Source: Eledone cirrhosa
Taxonomy: Eukaryota
Assembly (NCBI GenBank): GCA_964016885.1
Contig: OZ024742.1
Coordinates: 47,182,001 to 47,246,000, forward strand
DNA length: 64,000 nt
Direction: 5' to 3'
Each line of letters begins with the position of its first letter. Position 1 is the first letter of the stretch. Below the pieces are notes generated by a model. It searched no databases. It saw nothing but the letters and a program-made list of their open reading frames with translations, and had not been told where the DNA came from. The position numbers and the translations under genes are program-made. This document shows positions 51,001 through 64,000 of this stretch, in pieces.

Positions 51001-53449
51001 AAGATGGCCCGTATGGCAAGATCCAAACCTCTCCGAAAAAGCACAGCAACTCCTCCCCCCGATCCCGGACGGCTGGGAGATGCGGACACATCGTAACCGC
51101 CGAAGATCGGTGCGAAGGCCCGTGCTTCGGAGATTCTGGTCTCGCTGAATGGCCACTACATCTATGTTTAGTGACCTGAGGTCGTTGAGCAGGTAGCCCT
51201 GCTTCCATGACGACCCCAAGCCACGCGCATTTATGCTGCCTATTCTGAGTGAGGTCATTTTGAAAAGGAGTGGAAAAGATGGGAAAGACCACTTACTTTA
51301 CTTCTCGTAGATGAAGGACGGTTTTTCCATCCTTTTCACTGCTTGTGGCCTCCTCAGGAAGGATGTCCTTATAAATCCTCCTGGAGAGTGCTTGTCGGAA
51401 GTCTCCGATGTCTTTGGGGAATTTTTGTTTTAGTGTCATGTACGTTTTCTGTGTGATGCGAGTGATTTGTATGTGTGGAGGTGGTGTGAATTTTTTGGGT
51501 TGTTGTGTAGTCTTTATCTGTGATGCTGGTGTTGTGTTGGATGTAGTGTAATAATTGCTTGTTGTTCAAATTTAATGCTTTGTAGTGTGTATCGTTTTAG
51601 TTGTTTTGTTTTGTTTGCGTTTGTTCTGGGTTTGTTTCTGTTTCGCATATTGGTGACCTTTGTGGTGTAGGTGATGGTGGTGTTGGAGTTAATGATGGTG
51701 ATGGTGTTGATGTTTGGGTTGATGGGGTTGGTGATGCTGGTGTGGATGGTGGCATATCTGTCCTAACTTTTTTGTTTGTTAATTTATTTGTTTCCCTCTG
51801 TATTTTGTTTTTGGAGGGGGAGGGAAGAGAATTTTTTCTTTTTTGGTTTCTTTATTTTTTTCCTGATACCGTTTCCCACTCCTCGTCGTCACAATATGTC
51901 TCCAGTTGTGATAGGCCGGGGAGTGGAAAATCCTCCACAGGCGTTAGTTTTGGTTGTGGCGTGGTGGATGGTGTAGGCGCTGGTGCTAGTTCTGGCGCGT
52001 TCGGTGTTGGTGGTGTTGGTTTTGCTGGTGGTGGTGGTGTTGGTTTTGCTACTGTTGCTGGGGTTGTTGCTGTTATAGTTGTTGCTGCCATCTCTGCTAC
52101 TGGTGGTGTTGATGGTTGTGTCACTGGGGTGGGTAGGAGAGGTGGCCTCAACCTTTTAGCCTGAGGGCAGAAAGCCCTTAGGTGGGTTCCTTCACCACAG
52201 ACGACACACCTAGGCCTTCTGCCCTCGACAATTACTGTGAGGTGTCTGCCGTCAGTGAGGTCTATTACCTCTGGGATCTCCTCAATGCATTTTGGTCCAC
52301 TTGGATCAAGAGCTCCATCCCAGATCCGGACCAGTTCTCCTGCTTTTCTTTTGCTATTGCTATTATCTTTGTGTTGGCTTCGATGCCGGCGAGGACGGCT
52401 GCTATTAGTCAGGGAATTTCGATGGCCGCTGGAACGTGGGTCACCCTGATCTTTACGAGTCTCTGGCCACAATAGCTTGGGACGAGTGTGAAGTCGTCAC
52501 TTCTTAATGGGGCCATGGAGTGTTCTCTTACCTCCTCTGGTGTTTCAAAGACCACGTCCACGGTTCCATACTTCTGCCCACGTCTGATTTGGGCTTTTCT
52601 TGCCCACACATGTCCCAAAGCCTTTTGGATTTGGGACTCGGATGCCCGTTCCACTCGGCGCGATTTTACATTGTTCGATACGACACGGTGCATAAGCGCC
52701 GATGCTCCATTTTATTAGGTGTGTGTGTGGGGGGGGGGGCGTGAGGCTGACCCTGTCCCATCTTTCTTTACCATTTGTTTGGCATTTTCTAATTCCTCCT
52801 GAGTTAACGTATACGCTTCGCACTGTTTTGCTACTCTGGCAAAACTCAGTGTGGTTTTTTTTAATGTCATTGTTGTTGTTGTTGCTATCGTTATTTTTGT
52901 TATTATTAATTTTAGTTTCAGTTGTCGTGGTGGTGACGTCAGTGAAGTTCGGTTTGGGAGAGTCCATTTTGGTTGAAAATATTTCGACATCACGAGTTGA
53001 TTTATTTTTTCCTTTTGTTTCTGTTGTCGCGGTGGTGGTGGTGGTGGCGGCGGCTTTAACACCTGCAGTCATTGGTAATGGCGGGAAATGAATGTCTGCC
53101 TGAGACAAATTAAAAATATTGCTAATGCTTAAATTGTGTGTGTTGGCAGACGTAGTATCATTTACAATGGTGGTGTCGGTGTGAGGTGTTAATTTGTGAG
53201 AAAGGCTTTCAGCTGCTTGGTGCAGTGGTGAATTAGCCATTTTCTTTCAAAGAAATTTTTTGATAATCATAAAAGTGTAAATTTTGGGCACAAGGCCCCA
53301 ATCTTTTTGGGTGTCCTTTTCGGAAAACAATGTATGTGCGCTTATATATAGTTAACAATAAAACTTTTCCGTAAATGGCAATTTTTAACAAACGGAAATA
53401 ACAAACCTTTGCGGAGCTCACGATGATACGATTTACTACATAGGTCGCC
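48014..53449 (-). mobile_element. Tx1/L1 LINE type B, 5'-complete, with a 405-bp in-frame ORF2 deletion, decayed
   Basis: 5' GGCGACCTATGTAG after (ATT)n at 53450-53494; ORF1 MANSPL..CVVCGEGTHLRAFC; ORF2 pieces 50983-51258, 49315-50697, 48257-49300. Confidence 0.92.
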
Positions 53450-53495
<46 letters not shown>

Positions 53496-53979
53496 TTGGT
53501 ATTTTTTTTTATTTAATGTTATTTTAGCATTTCTGAAATGTAAAAGTTGTTGTTGTGTAACTAATTTTGTACGGTAGCATTTTGTGGGCAGTTTATATTG
53601 TATAGTTGTATTGATCTTTAGGTTTTGAATGCATTATAGATACGATACCATTGGGAACTAACCATAAATTCAGCACATTTTTAAATAAGTAAATATAATT
53701 ACGTATTCAAAAAGCGTTATCTCCTGTTAACGTTATATGATGATATATATAAAGAAACTGAGCAGAAAAAAATAACTTTTTCAACACCAGTTATTGTAAA
53801 ATATAATAAAATCTATAAATATTATACCTGAAATGAGCAAATATGTTGAAGTTTTTTTTTTCATAAGATATCAGTTAAGAAATATTTACAAACGAATACG
53901 CAATAGTTATGCTTTGGAATATTCTATGTATAAAGAAGTGGGGGTGTATATTTGAAATCTCCTCGTTGCTTATAATAAT

Positions 53980-54157
53980 TGTCTCTACTTTTGGCACAAG
54001 GCCAGCAATTAATCAGTGTATTACTGGTACTTTATTTTATCGACCCCGTAAGGATGAAATGCAAAGTTAACCTCGGCGGGATTTGAACTCAAAACGTAAA
54101 GCGCCATAGCACTCTGCTGCAAACAATGGCGTCCGACCCTCTACCGATACTGCCAAT
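53980..54157 (-). mobile_element. SINE S1 copy
   Basis: Reverse complement of S1. Confidence 0.85.
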
Positions 54158-54448
54158 AAATAATGAGGATGTGAAAGTAGTGAAAATTATATTCCATTAT
54201 ACCACATGGAATTTTGTATCTCAGGCGTATATCTGTTTTCATCTTGTATCTGTTTTACGTATTGCTTTTCTTACCCGTAAAAATATTTTCATCTTCTATT
54301 TCTCACAAATCACAGGTACACAAAATACCCTTACGTATGGTTAGTTTTATTTAATGAATATCAGCTAAAGCGTTTATTAATCCCCATTGTGATAACATGG
54401 TATATTCACACGATGATTGCTGATTCCTTTCAGAATATTGCCATTTCC

Positions 54449-55050
54449 TCATACATCATCGATAACTACCCGATTGCGCGCACGTAGGTCGTTCTTTAGG
54501 CCGACTCCAGAGCAACAGGTTTTCTCAGAAACACTACACGCAAAACGAATATTCTGGCGCTCATCATTTTGAATACAATTACTGGTCAGATCACTTTGAG
54601 AACAACAGATTTTTCCACATACATGACAGATGTAATTATATGGCTTCTGCGGCAACAGATCATCATATTCATCATATTCAGCCTGTCTCGCTAACCACAT
54701 GCGAATTTTGGGGATTAAGGTGACGAGCACAAGTAAGCAGTACCTTTTTACACATATTAAATCCAAATATGCGTTTATTTCCTTTCGTCAGGATCATTGA
54801 GCTCTGTATATTTGATGCATTTTGCCCCTAATTTCTCGCAAACATCTTTAATCATGCTTAAGTCAACCTCGTCTGCTTTTTGCTAAGGATTCCCAATTTC
54901 TAATATTCATATGGAGAATCTTCAAATTATCTCTAATCATATCTTTGAATCGTTTCATTGGTTTATTATTTAGCCTATATTGATTTAAAAGCTCTGAACA
55001 TAAACAATCTGTTATCGTCCATTCTGTTTAACGTGACAGGTCAAAGCAGA
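54449..55050 (-). mobile_element. old RTE-clade (BovB-like) LINE 3' remnant
   Basis: Minus-strand fragments RMDDNRL and KPMKRFKDMIRDNLK, then zinc-finger-like YICHVCGKICCSQSDL and FACSVSEKTCCSGVGL. Confidence 0.55.
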
Positions 55051-55815
55051 TATTTTCATTTTCACTCAATTTCATATATATTTTAAATTTCAGTCATTTC
55101 TCCTGCTTAAACGAAGAGCCGCCAGTCGCGGGATGCTTGCCAGCTCAAACATTAAGCTGGTGATGTTTAGGTCACCTTTTCTAGACCCTTCTCAGAAACT
55201 GGTTGAGCAGCACACATCGCTCCATCAAAATTCAATTCTGCTCGAAAACAATACAGCTATGTTAAGATAAGCAAAGTGCTGCCTCACGTGCAGGTCCATA
55301 ACTATGCACATCCAAACTATTAATTTTGCACATAAAAGTAATCCATTTCACCGCTGGACATTCGAAGAGACATTTGCACATAATATCTTGAGATGTGCTT
55401 GTGCTACACACATAACACCCGCCGAGTCAATACAACTAGACACTAGTGACAAGCATAAGATAACTAAAAAGGTGCATTTACCGCAGGTGAGTTAACGGCG
55501 CTAGGCACCAAACTAGAAGGTCAATATTACACCGCAATCATCAATATATTTAACTGAATCACATTAAAAAGGATCAGGGTTTGGTAACTTGACGTTTCTA
55601 TCGCATTAATGAAGGCAGGTGAAAAGGAAGCGCCTGTGATGGTCTTTGTTCACACATCAAGTCTGAAAAGAGCAAGATATCCCCACACCTCATGCCACAC
55701 ACACACACACACACACTCACACATATATATATATAAGGAAAAGAAATGCAACTGGAGTCGTTTTAAGAATATTTATTTGTTTCCTTTACCGGTTTCACAG
55801 TTCTTATGCTTTTCA

Positions 55816-56055
<240 letters not shown>

Positions 56056-56067
56056 ATATGTATATAT

Positions 56068-57579
56068 ATAGTCGAGACAGATGATAAAAATGTATGGTGC
56101 AAGAGTATCCCCCTAGAGCACTCCTGCAATGATGTCAAAGAAGTTGGTATCTCCATCAGGTGAGTGGACCAATGCGCGGGTGTTTTTATATAACATTATG
56201 ATGGCATTTACTGTATCCTTTGGCAAGCCGTAGGCTAGAAGTATCTCTCTCATCCTCCCACGATGGATGGGATCGAATGCTTTTGAAAATCAATAAACAG
56301 GAGAGTTGCTGGGAGGTTTTTGGCTTTTACGCCTTCCAAGATACGCCGAATAGTAAGTATTTGCCCTGATGTTGATCTGTTGGTGCGGAAGCCATTTTGG
56401 CTTTTTCTCAGTAAGGGGTCAATGACAGGTCTTATTCTGTCAAACAGCATGAGATTGTATATCTTTGCGGTAATTGCCATTAGTGTTATGCCACGGTAGT
56501 TTTTAGCCACTCCAAGATCGCCCTTTTTGGGAAAAGGGAGTATACATCCCTCAGTCCATTTGTCTATGGGGTCTTGATTATAGACACCATTACACAACTC
56601 TAGTAGGATTGGGTGAAATTCAGGTACCTTCCACAATTCAGCTGGGATCTCGTCGAGTCCGTACGCTTTTCCGTTACCAATACTTTTCACTGCCTTCTGT
56701 AGTTCCTCCATAGTGAAAGGACTATGTATTGAGAAAAGCCCCGGACGAAAACTTAGAGCTTGGTTTCACTCTCACAAATCGAAAGTGTGGACGCCATGCA
56801 GCTCAGAAAATCACCGATGCTGATTACGCGGATGATTTAGCGGTCCTCGCTGACAACCTTAAGGATGCAACATCACTACTTCACAGCATCGAATCAGTTG
56901 CAAAGGGAATCGGACTCTATGTGTCCGCAGGCAAAACAGAATATATTTTCCTGAACCAAGACTCCTCAGTTGATATGCGATGTCTAAACGGCGATATAAT
57001 CAAGCAAGTTGACGACTTCAAATACCTGGGTAGCTATATCGCCTCACAGAACATGATGTTAACATCAGACTGGGAAAATCATGGGGAGCATTGAATGCAA
57101 TGGAAAAGATATGGAAATCAAACCTGCCGGCCAAACTGAAAAGGAATTTCTTCAGAGCTGCTGTGGAATCTGTGCTTGTTTATGGCTCTATCACTTGGAC
57201 GCTAACGTCGAAACTGGAGAAAGAGCTAGACGGGGCATACACACATATGCTCCGCGCTGCTTTAAACGTGTCTTGGAGGGAACACCCAACAAATAAGTAT
57301 CTCTATGGCAATATACCACCTATCAGCAGGTCAATACGTGAACAGAGACTCAGATTTGCTGGCCACTGTCTGCGCAGCAAGGAAGAAATAGCAGGTGATG
57401 TGTTGTTATGGAGTCCATCTTATGGAGCAAGAAACGCTGGTCGTCCCAATAAGACATACGTCAAGCAACTTGAGGACGATACTGGATGCACTGCGGAAGA
57501 ACTGGCAAACGCTATGAGAGACAGAGATGGATGGAGGAAACGTGTCGTAGAAAGCCGAGCAAGCTGGACTTGATGATGA

Positions 57580-57582
<3 letters not shown>
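56068..57582 (+). mobile_element. RTE-clade LINE, 5'-truncated with an inverted 5' segment (56068-56720 minus; 56720-57582 plus)
   Basis: Minus part GKAYGLDEIPAE..PKKGD..NYRGITL..QNGFR..LFIDF..GDTLAPYIFIICLDY continues on the plus strand as DYVLRK..DYADDL..FKYLGS..RLRFAGH; (TGA)n tail; sits in (TA)n. Confidence 0.9.
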
Positions 57583-57614
<32 letters not shown>

Positions 57615-58062
57615 GTGAGTCATTCCACGTATATGGCTGGTTATATACTAAATAGAATTATTTAATTTAAAAATGCTTTGATTACGACATGATTCGCCAA
57701 AATATTTGAAACCTAGTGTCTTCATACATCTTCATAATGTTTATCATTAATTTCTAGTTGGTAGGATTCCTACTTCTACACAGTGTTACGTATAACTGAT
57801 CAATGGCTGAACGAGTTTGTGGCAGGAAGTAACCCACTTAAGATTGATTTATCATCATTGAAATACAAAAATACTTAGAAATTGTAGACATTTCATCAAA
57901 ATTGGTAGGGTTATGTCGCATGGATTAAACGCAGTTCTTGGGATATGCATTAATTTGTCAAGTATATATTCAATAAATGACCCCCCCCCCCCCCCCCTCT
58001 TCCCCTTTCTCTTTTTTCTTCCTCACCATCCGACCACCCAGAACCCCCCTCCCACCGCCATC

Positions 58063-58149
58063 CTTCTTCTTCTTCTTCTTCTTCTTCTTCTTCTTCTTCT
58101 TCTTCTTCTTCTTCTTCTTCTTCTTCTTCTTCTTCTTCTTCTTCTTCTT
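58063..58149. repeat. (CTT)n microsatellite
   Basis: Directly visible; explains the poly-L and poly-E ORFs. Confidence 0.95.
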
Positions 58150-58621
58150 TGTGTAATTTAGAAACTTCTACTTTAACATTTCTTGCAAGAAATAACATTT
58201 GAGAGGTAATAAAATAGTAGCGAATATTTTATGATTTATTCAAAATTAATTTTTTATGTACCTATAATTTCCTGTGGTCTTTAAGTACTCGTTTATATAT
58301 ATATAGATATGCATTTCATAGAAATATTTAATATCGATATGATAAATCTAAATAGATTTGGTCCTTGGGATATGAAGCAAAGATATCAGATAAAGCAATA
58401 TTCACGCAAATATCACTGTTTCAAATACAAAACTATACATAAGAGAATGGGTGACATGAAAAACGGGAAATATTGTTTAATTTATATTATAATTATACAT
58501 TTACAAAATTTCGTTTTCTAATTTATAACTACTGGTGAGAATAAATACAATTTCATTATTCGATTTCCATTGTTTTGAAACTATAAAACTATCAGAATAC
58601 CATTAATTTTACCTTGAAAAC

Positions 58622-58804
58622 GCGGTGGATTGGCAGTATCGGTAGAGGGTCGGACGCCATGCTTTCCAGCATAGTTACGTCCCTTTACGATCTGAGTTCA
58701 AATCCCGCCGAGGTTGACTTTGCCTTTCATCCTTACGGGGTCGATAAAATAAAGTACCAGTAATGTACTGGGTAATTTCTGGCCTTGTGCCAATAGTAGA
58801 AACA
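58622..58804 (+). mobile_element. SINE S1 copy with 20-bp TSD
   Basis: Almost identical to 273-454; TSD ATTAATTTTACCTTGAAAAC at 58602-58621 and 58805-58824. Confidence 0.92.
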
Positions 58805-61036
58805 ATTAATTTTACCTTGAAAACAAAACACACCTGTGTGTGTACCTATGTGTGTGTGTGTGTGTGTGCGAACATGGGTATAGCTATATGTGTGTATATA
58901 TATATATACGTTTGTGTATGTTTGTGTATGTTTGTGTATGCATGTATATGTGTATGTACATGCGTATCCGTGTATTCTGTTCACCAATAATAAGGGTAAT
59001 TTGATTCAATTTCCTATATAAGGATTCTCCTTTATAAATGATTGGAAAATAATGGAAGTGTTGATCAAGGTCAATTTCAGAATTGTGAAAGTATCATATA
59101 AAGCTATTCTTGTTCTTTCAGCCAATATAATCTCCATTTTTATCTCAGTTGGTCGTATAACCGGCACATTTTCTGATGACAAGCGTATATCTTTCATCTG
59201 TAATTATCCTGTCGAATAACCCAACAGGAAAACGTTCTGTTGCTTAAAGTATTATGATTGAGTAACCTTTGAAACACGTGACACTGATTATTCGAGCCTG
59301 CTAAGCAACGTAAAATTGATTTACGATACCAAAGAGGAATGAATGAAATTTTATGTAGTTTTCATGTGAAACAAACTAAAAAAAAGAATCAATGAGTTCT
59401 CAATTTTTTGGGAAATTTAATTCCAGTAATGGAATGTTTTATTTTACGACCGTGTATGTATTAGCAAAGAGGAAGTTGCTGCTGCATCAAATATGCTCTG
59501 TGATTTCGTTTTTAATTTGAACACATTTCCCTGACTGGCAGCTATACTATTCTCCCTAGTCACATTAACTATACAATTATCCATTTCTTCTTCGTTTAAA
59601 GTAGAATATATTTGTGCGCCATGAAACTTATACTGAATTCATCATTCAATTCTCTATTTTGAAACCCAATTGATAAAGTATCAGAATGGCCAGCTAAGGA
59701 TTGATCATGAATCCTGTGGATGATTGTTGAAATAATCAATGGAACTTACGTTGGATTTATTGGATTTTATCTTATATTGTTAGTTGTTCAAGAAGATGTT
59801 GTTGATTTGCTCATGCCAATTGTTAAATATGAGGCTAATATTGAATACCGCATGTTAAAATGAGCTCACTATTAACAAAACAAAGATGACAGTCGTCATA
59901 TTAAACATTGTGTCCTCGTTGTAAAAGGTGATCGCAAAGTCGCAATCTCTTTCATTTCATTGTTATCCACTTTCATATAAATCTGCAGGCGAATACCAAC
60001 AAATTCATATGAAAACAACAAACGACGTGATCATTCGAAATAGCTTGAAATAGTTGAAAATTCCTGCAAAACCTTACCTTACCCCGTAAAAGCGATGGAC
60101 AGTGGCTAATGTAATCCTAGGTAGATTGTCTAATCCAAAGATGGAATAATCATAGGGAGAAATAGTAATTTAGTCATATCTGACCTGGAGCTAAACAATG
60201 AAATTAACAAATTCATGGACACACGTTTAATGTTAATCCTTTATCACTTTAGTAACAAAGTGAGGTCTGCACAGGAGTCGATGAATAACATATCCTTTGA
60301 ACTACTGAATGTAGAAATTGCTGCAAATAAAAAGCGATTTAAGATCAAATTATTTACTCTTCATCAAATCCACATCGGCCATGATTAAACAAATTAGAAT
60401 ATTATCAAATATAATTGAAAGAAGGTGAAGCGTTTGTATACGATGGATGGATGGCAAATTGGGGGAGTCGTTAGAACATTGGATAGAATGCTTTACGTTT
60501 TTCGTTCCGGCTCTTTGCACAGTTTTCCAGTTCCTTTCATACGAGGTCGATAAAGATGTAACATACAATACTAGGGTCGATTTTTCTTCTATATCTAATT
60601 CGCACTTCCTTTCTACTACCATTGAAGCTAGTGACGAGATCGAAGCTAGATACGAGATCGGCTCCGTCAGGTATCAAATACTCAAGGTAGCTCCTATGAT
60701 TCCATCAGAAATGATAGGTTTATACATATATCACAAGATGTCTAAATTCACAGTTCAAATTCTTTTCCAAGATATATCTCGAATAGTGTGGCAATAATAT
60801 AAAAGATAAAGTACGGTTCCTTCCTTGATAATATTTGGTAAATCCGAACAATTTTAAGATTAATGAATTGCTAAGGTATCGTCAATCATTTTGTTTCTTT
60901 TTTCTCTTTTACTTTACTTTACTTATTCTCCCAATTTTCTCTTTCTATCTCATCTCTCTTAATTCCCTTCCGACATGTTACCTTGGTAATTCTCCTCCAC
61001 TTACATTGTACGGTTTTTAATAAAAAAAACCCTTCC

Positions 61037-61090
<54 letters not shown>

Positions 61091-61099
<9 letters not shown>

Positions 61100-61450
61100 A
61101 ATGGCAATTTCTGTCTGTCTGTGTATCTGTGTATAACCAGTTGGCACCTACACCAGTGGTCAGATCCTGATGAAACGTTCCACACTTGTTACGCTAATAT
61201 TCAGAAACAGGACTGGCTTATTGGATTTCAATAAAAATCAATAATGGAACCCTGGGGACATCTTTCAATGGAGGAGGAAAGACAAGACGTTTCAGTAAGA
61301 GAGGGGGAAGAGGAGATACTGCTATTGTATGTTAAACCCTCCCTCCTACTACTCCCCTCCTCCTCCCACAACTCAATCCTCCAAAACGAGGCAACAACTT
61401 AGAAATCTAAACTATAAGAAAGTAGGAAGCGCGGGATTGCGCCCGGTTTA
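61091..61450 (+). mobile_element. possible non-autonomous Helitron-like remnant
   Basis: TATATAAATGGCAATTTCTGTCTGTCTGTG start resembles Helitron 5' ends; GC hairpin CGGGATTGCGCCCG near 61432-61445; no CTAG terminus seen. Confidence 0.35.
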
Positions 61451-62143
61451 TAATTTTTTATCCCATTAGTAAAATAAGTTGGATTACTTTGAATAAATAA
61501 TGAATGAATATTACATAATTTATCTACTAAATTTCGTGGGTGTTAATTAAATATATTTTATTATTTATTTAAAGATTCACTCTTTAAAACTTTCGAATGT
61601 CAACACTTCCGGTGGCGATCGTTTAAATAAATATTCATATATTTCTGTCACTAATTTTCTCCTAATGCAGTTTATATATAATATCGTCTTTTTTTTTAAT
61701 GTATCATGGATTCCGTTACTGATTACGTAAAACAGTTTAATAAGAGTCTCTTCAATTTCTGTGTATATTGTCAATTACGATTTTATTTGCCGTATCATAT
61801 CTACATGTATATATACTTGCGTATAATATCAATATACACACTACACATGCTATCAAACCACACTTCGGGTGGTTTTTCTGCTAGTATACATAAAGAAATT
61901 TCAATCAAACAGACGACAATGCACGTTCTTGATTGTTCTCCATTCTGTAGAGCAAGGGAGAGAGGGTAGCAGAGGGGGGGGGTAGTGTATGAGAAAAGAG
62001 ATGAAGAGAGTGAGGGGGATTGGGGAGGGGAGAAATTGATAGCAGCGTTCGATAATATTAATTTGTATTTAATTATTCTTTACACAACGCCCCTCAACCT
62101 TACGCCCCTTTCTCTTTCTCTTTCACACAAGACGTACTATGAA

Positions 62144-62183
<40 letters not shown>

Positions 62184-62799
62184 TGTGTATGTGTGTGATT
62201 GTCTGTTGTGTGTGTCCAGGGAAGTTACAATGTCCGCACACACACACACACAAACACGCACCTATCTCTCTCTCTATCTCTTTCTATCTCTCTCTCTCTA
62301 ACTATATATATATATATATATGTAAATAACTTTAAGTCGTTTGGAAGCCTCGACAATGCAAATGGGTAAATCTCCGGGTAACAAGGTCCGGTGGTGGAGA
62401 GAGAGATGTAAGTGGGTGTACGTTGAGATGCGTGGTGTGTATAAGATGTGTGAGATGTGTAGAATGAAGGGAAGAGTATAAAGGATAAAAATAAAAATAA
62501 CAACACAAGAGAGAGTTACCTTGGGAGAGATTTAATAGTCCCTATATATTTCGGTTTCACATATATATATAGTTATGTAATAAAAAACATAAGATAATTA
62601 TTTCATTTACCAGTGGTTTCTTGAAAGCAACCAAAATTGCTTTCATTCATCAGAATCAAAAAATCCTGGTGTCTTTATTGACAGTGGATTTGAAAATAAA
62701 AAATATAACAGATATGAAAGTGACGCTGGAGGAAAAAAGGGGGGGCTGGGAAGAATATTAAATAAGAATATATAACAACACCCACGTACACACACTCAC

Positions 62800-62936
62800 G
62801 CACACACGCACACACACTCACATATACTCACATATATACATATATATATACATATATACACGCATATATACACAGACACATATACACACACATATACATA
62901 TCCATACATAAACACACAAATACACACATATATATG

Positions 62937-63009
<73 letters not shown>

Positions 63010-63287
63010 GTAGGAGGTGAGTTTTATTGTAGCACAATAAAGCAATGCAAATATTGCCCCCCCCCCCCACCACCCTCATGTTTTTCCAATCTCATATATC
63101 CATCTTAGTTTATTTTTCATATGTTGATTTAAAACTTCACTGCTCACAAGTGTTTTTTAAGCTTCATATCATGTCTTCCTATTTTATCTGATGAGAACGC
63201 AGATATCGTCCCATGATGTTATTTGTTTTCGAAATGCGAATAATAAAATACTTGGATCTCTTTTAATCTTTTGATCTTATATATATA

Positions 63288-63369
<82 letters not shown>

Positions 63370-63394
63370 TATATATATATATAGACATGCACAC

Positions 63395-63445
<51 letters not shown>

Positions 63446-63485
63446 CATACATACACACACACATACACACATATATATACACATA
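62800..63485. repeat. compound (CA)n/(TA)n microsatellite fields
   Basis: Visible at 62800-63010 and 63278-63485. Confidence 0.9.
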
Positions 63486-63694
63486 TGCATACGTACTCAC
63501 ATATAAAAGGATACATATGCACATACACAAATAAGAATGAATAATCATAGTAGGCCGCCACATACAATTAAGCAAATAAAAAATAAGGATTAAGACAACA
63601 AAAAATAAAAAATATTATTAAGTTGACAGCGATACAAGACGGCAAAATTTAAAATAAAAATAAAAATAATAAAAGTAATAATAAAAATAATAAT

Positions 63695-64000
63695 GATTTC
63701 TTTATTAACCACAAGGGTTTACATAAAGTAGACATTAAGGACAGTGCAGGACAATACAGGACGGTACAAATGGGCATTTCTGCGTGTAAAAAACAAAAAC
63801 AGAGGATGTAATAAAAAAATAACAATGAAAAATTCCACAATAGGGGGGTGACTTCGGAGGGACATTTGTGGAGAAAGCCCAGTAAAAGGCCACAGTGACC
63901 CTGACCACCAAGGCAAGTGCCCTCTCCCAGTTTTCCACCTTTAATTTACAGATACGTACTCAGAGTAGGCCCATTAACTCGGGCCATTCTTGCTTCTCTC
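63695..64000 (-). mobile_element. 3' end of another Tx1/L1 copy, continuing beyond the window
   Basis: 3'UTR and ORF2 C-terminus match 5138-5455; degenerate TAA tail at 63650-63694. Confidence 0.9.

Noticed and set aside
57913-58198. Poly-Leu and poly-Glu ORFs
   Set aside because: Produced by the (CTT)n microsatellite.
59006-60800. Possible decayed DNA transposase or host exons (e.g. minus-strand FDRIITDER; ORFs 60350-60622 and 60447-60797)
   Set aside because: No coherent motif series, TIRs or splice structure recognisable by eye; needs tBLASTx or HMM search.

Overview
Eukaryotic, AT-rich, microsatellite-dense animal genomic DNA with no recognisable host exon. The SINE types and the abundance of (TA)n/(CA)n/(TAA)n suggest a mollusc, probably a cephalopod (inference only). 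Over half of the window is retrotransposon-derived. The dominant structure is two arrays (3758-21500 and 35227-53494) in which L1/Tx1-clade LINEs (zinc-knuckle ORF1; APE-RT-CCHC ORF2) sit between (TAA)n/(ATT)n tracts. In the first array they are interleaved with oppositely oriented R4/Dong-clade LINEs (restriction-like endonuclease). One Tx1 copy (5138-11165, minus) has two intact ORFs. Three 5'UTR/ORF1 types (A, B, C) occur, and A and B share a near-identical ORF2. A tRNA-headed SINE shares its 3' end with the Tx1 elements. A conserved GTAAGT...CAG signal across the ORF1 stop/ORF2 start would splice ORF1 in frame to ORF2 in types A and B. Also present are two Penelope-like elements with inverted termini and hammerhead ribozyme motifs, a stand-alone hammerhead, a non-autonomous Helitron, a 5'-inverted RTE LINE, and several small palindromes and duplications. 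Coordinates were read by eye and may be off by a few bases.
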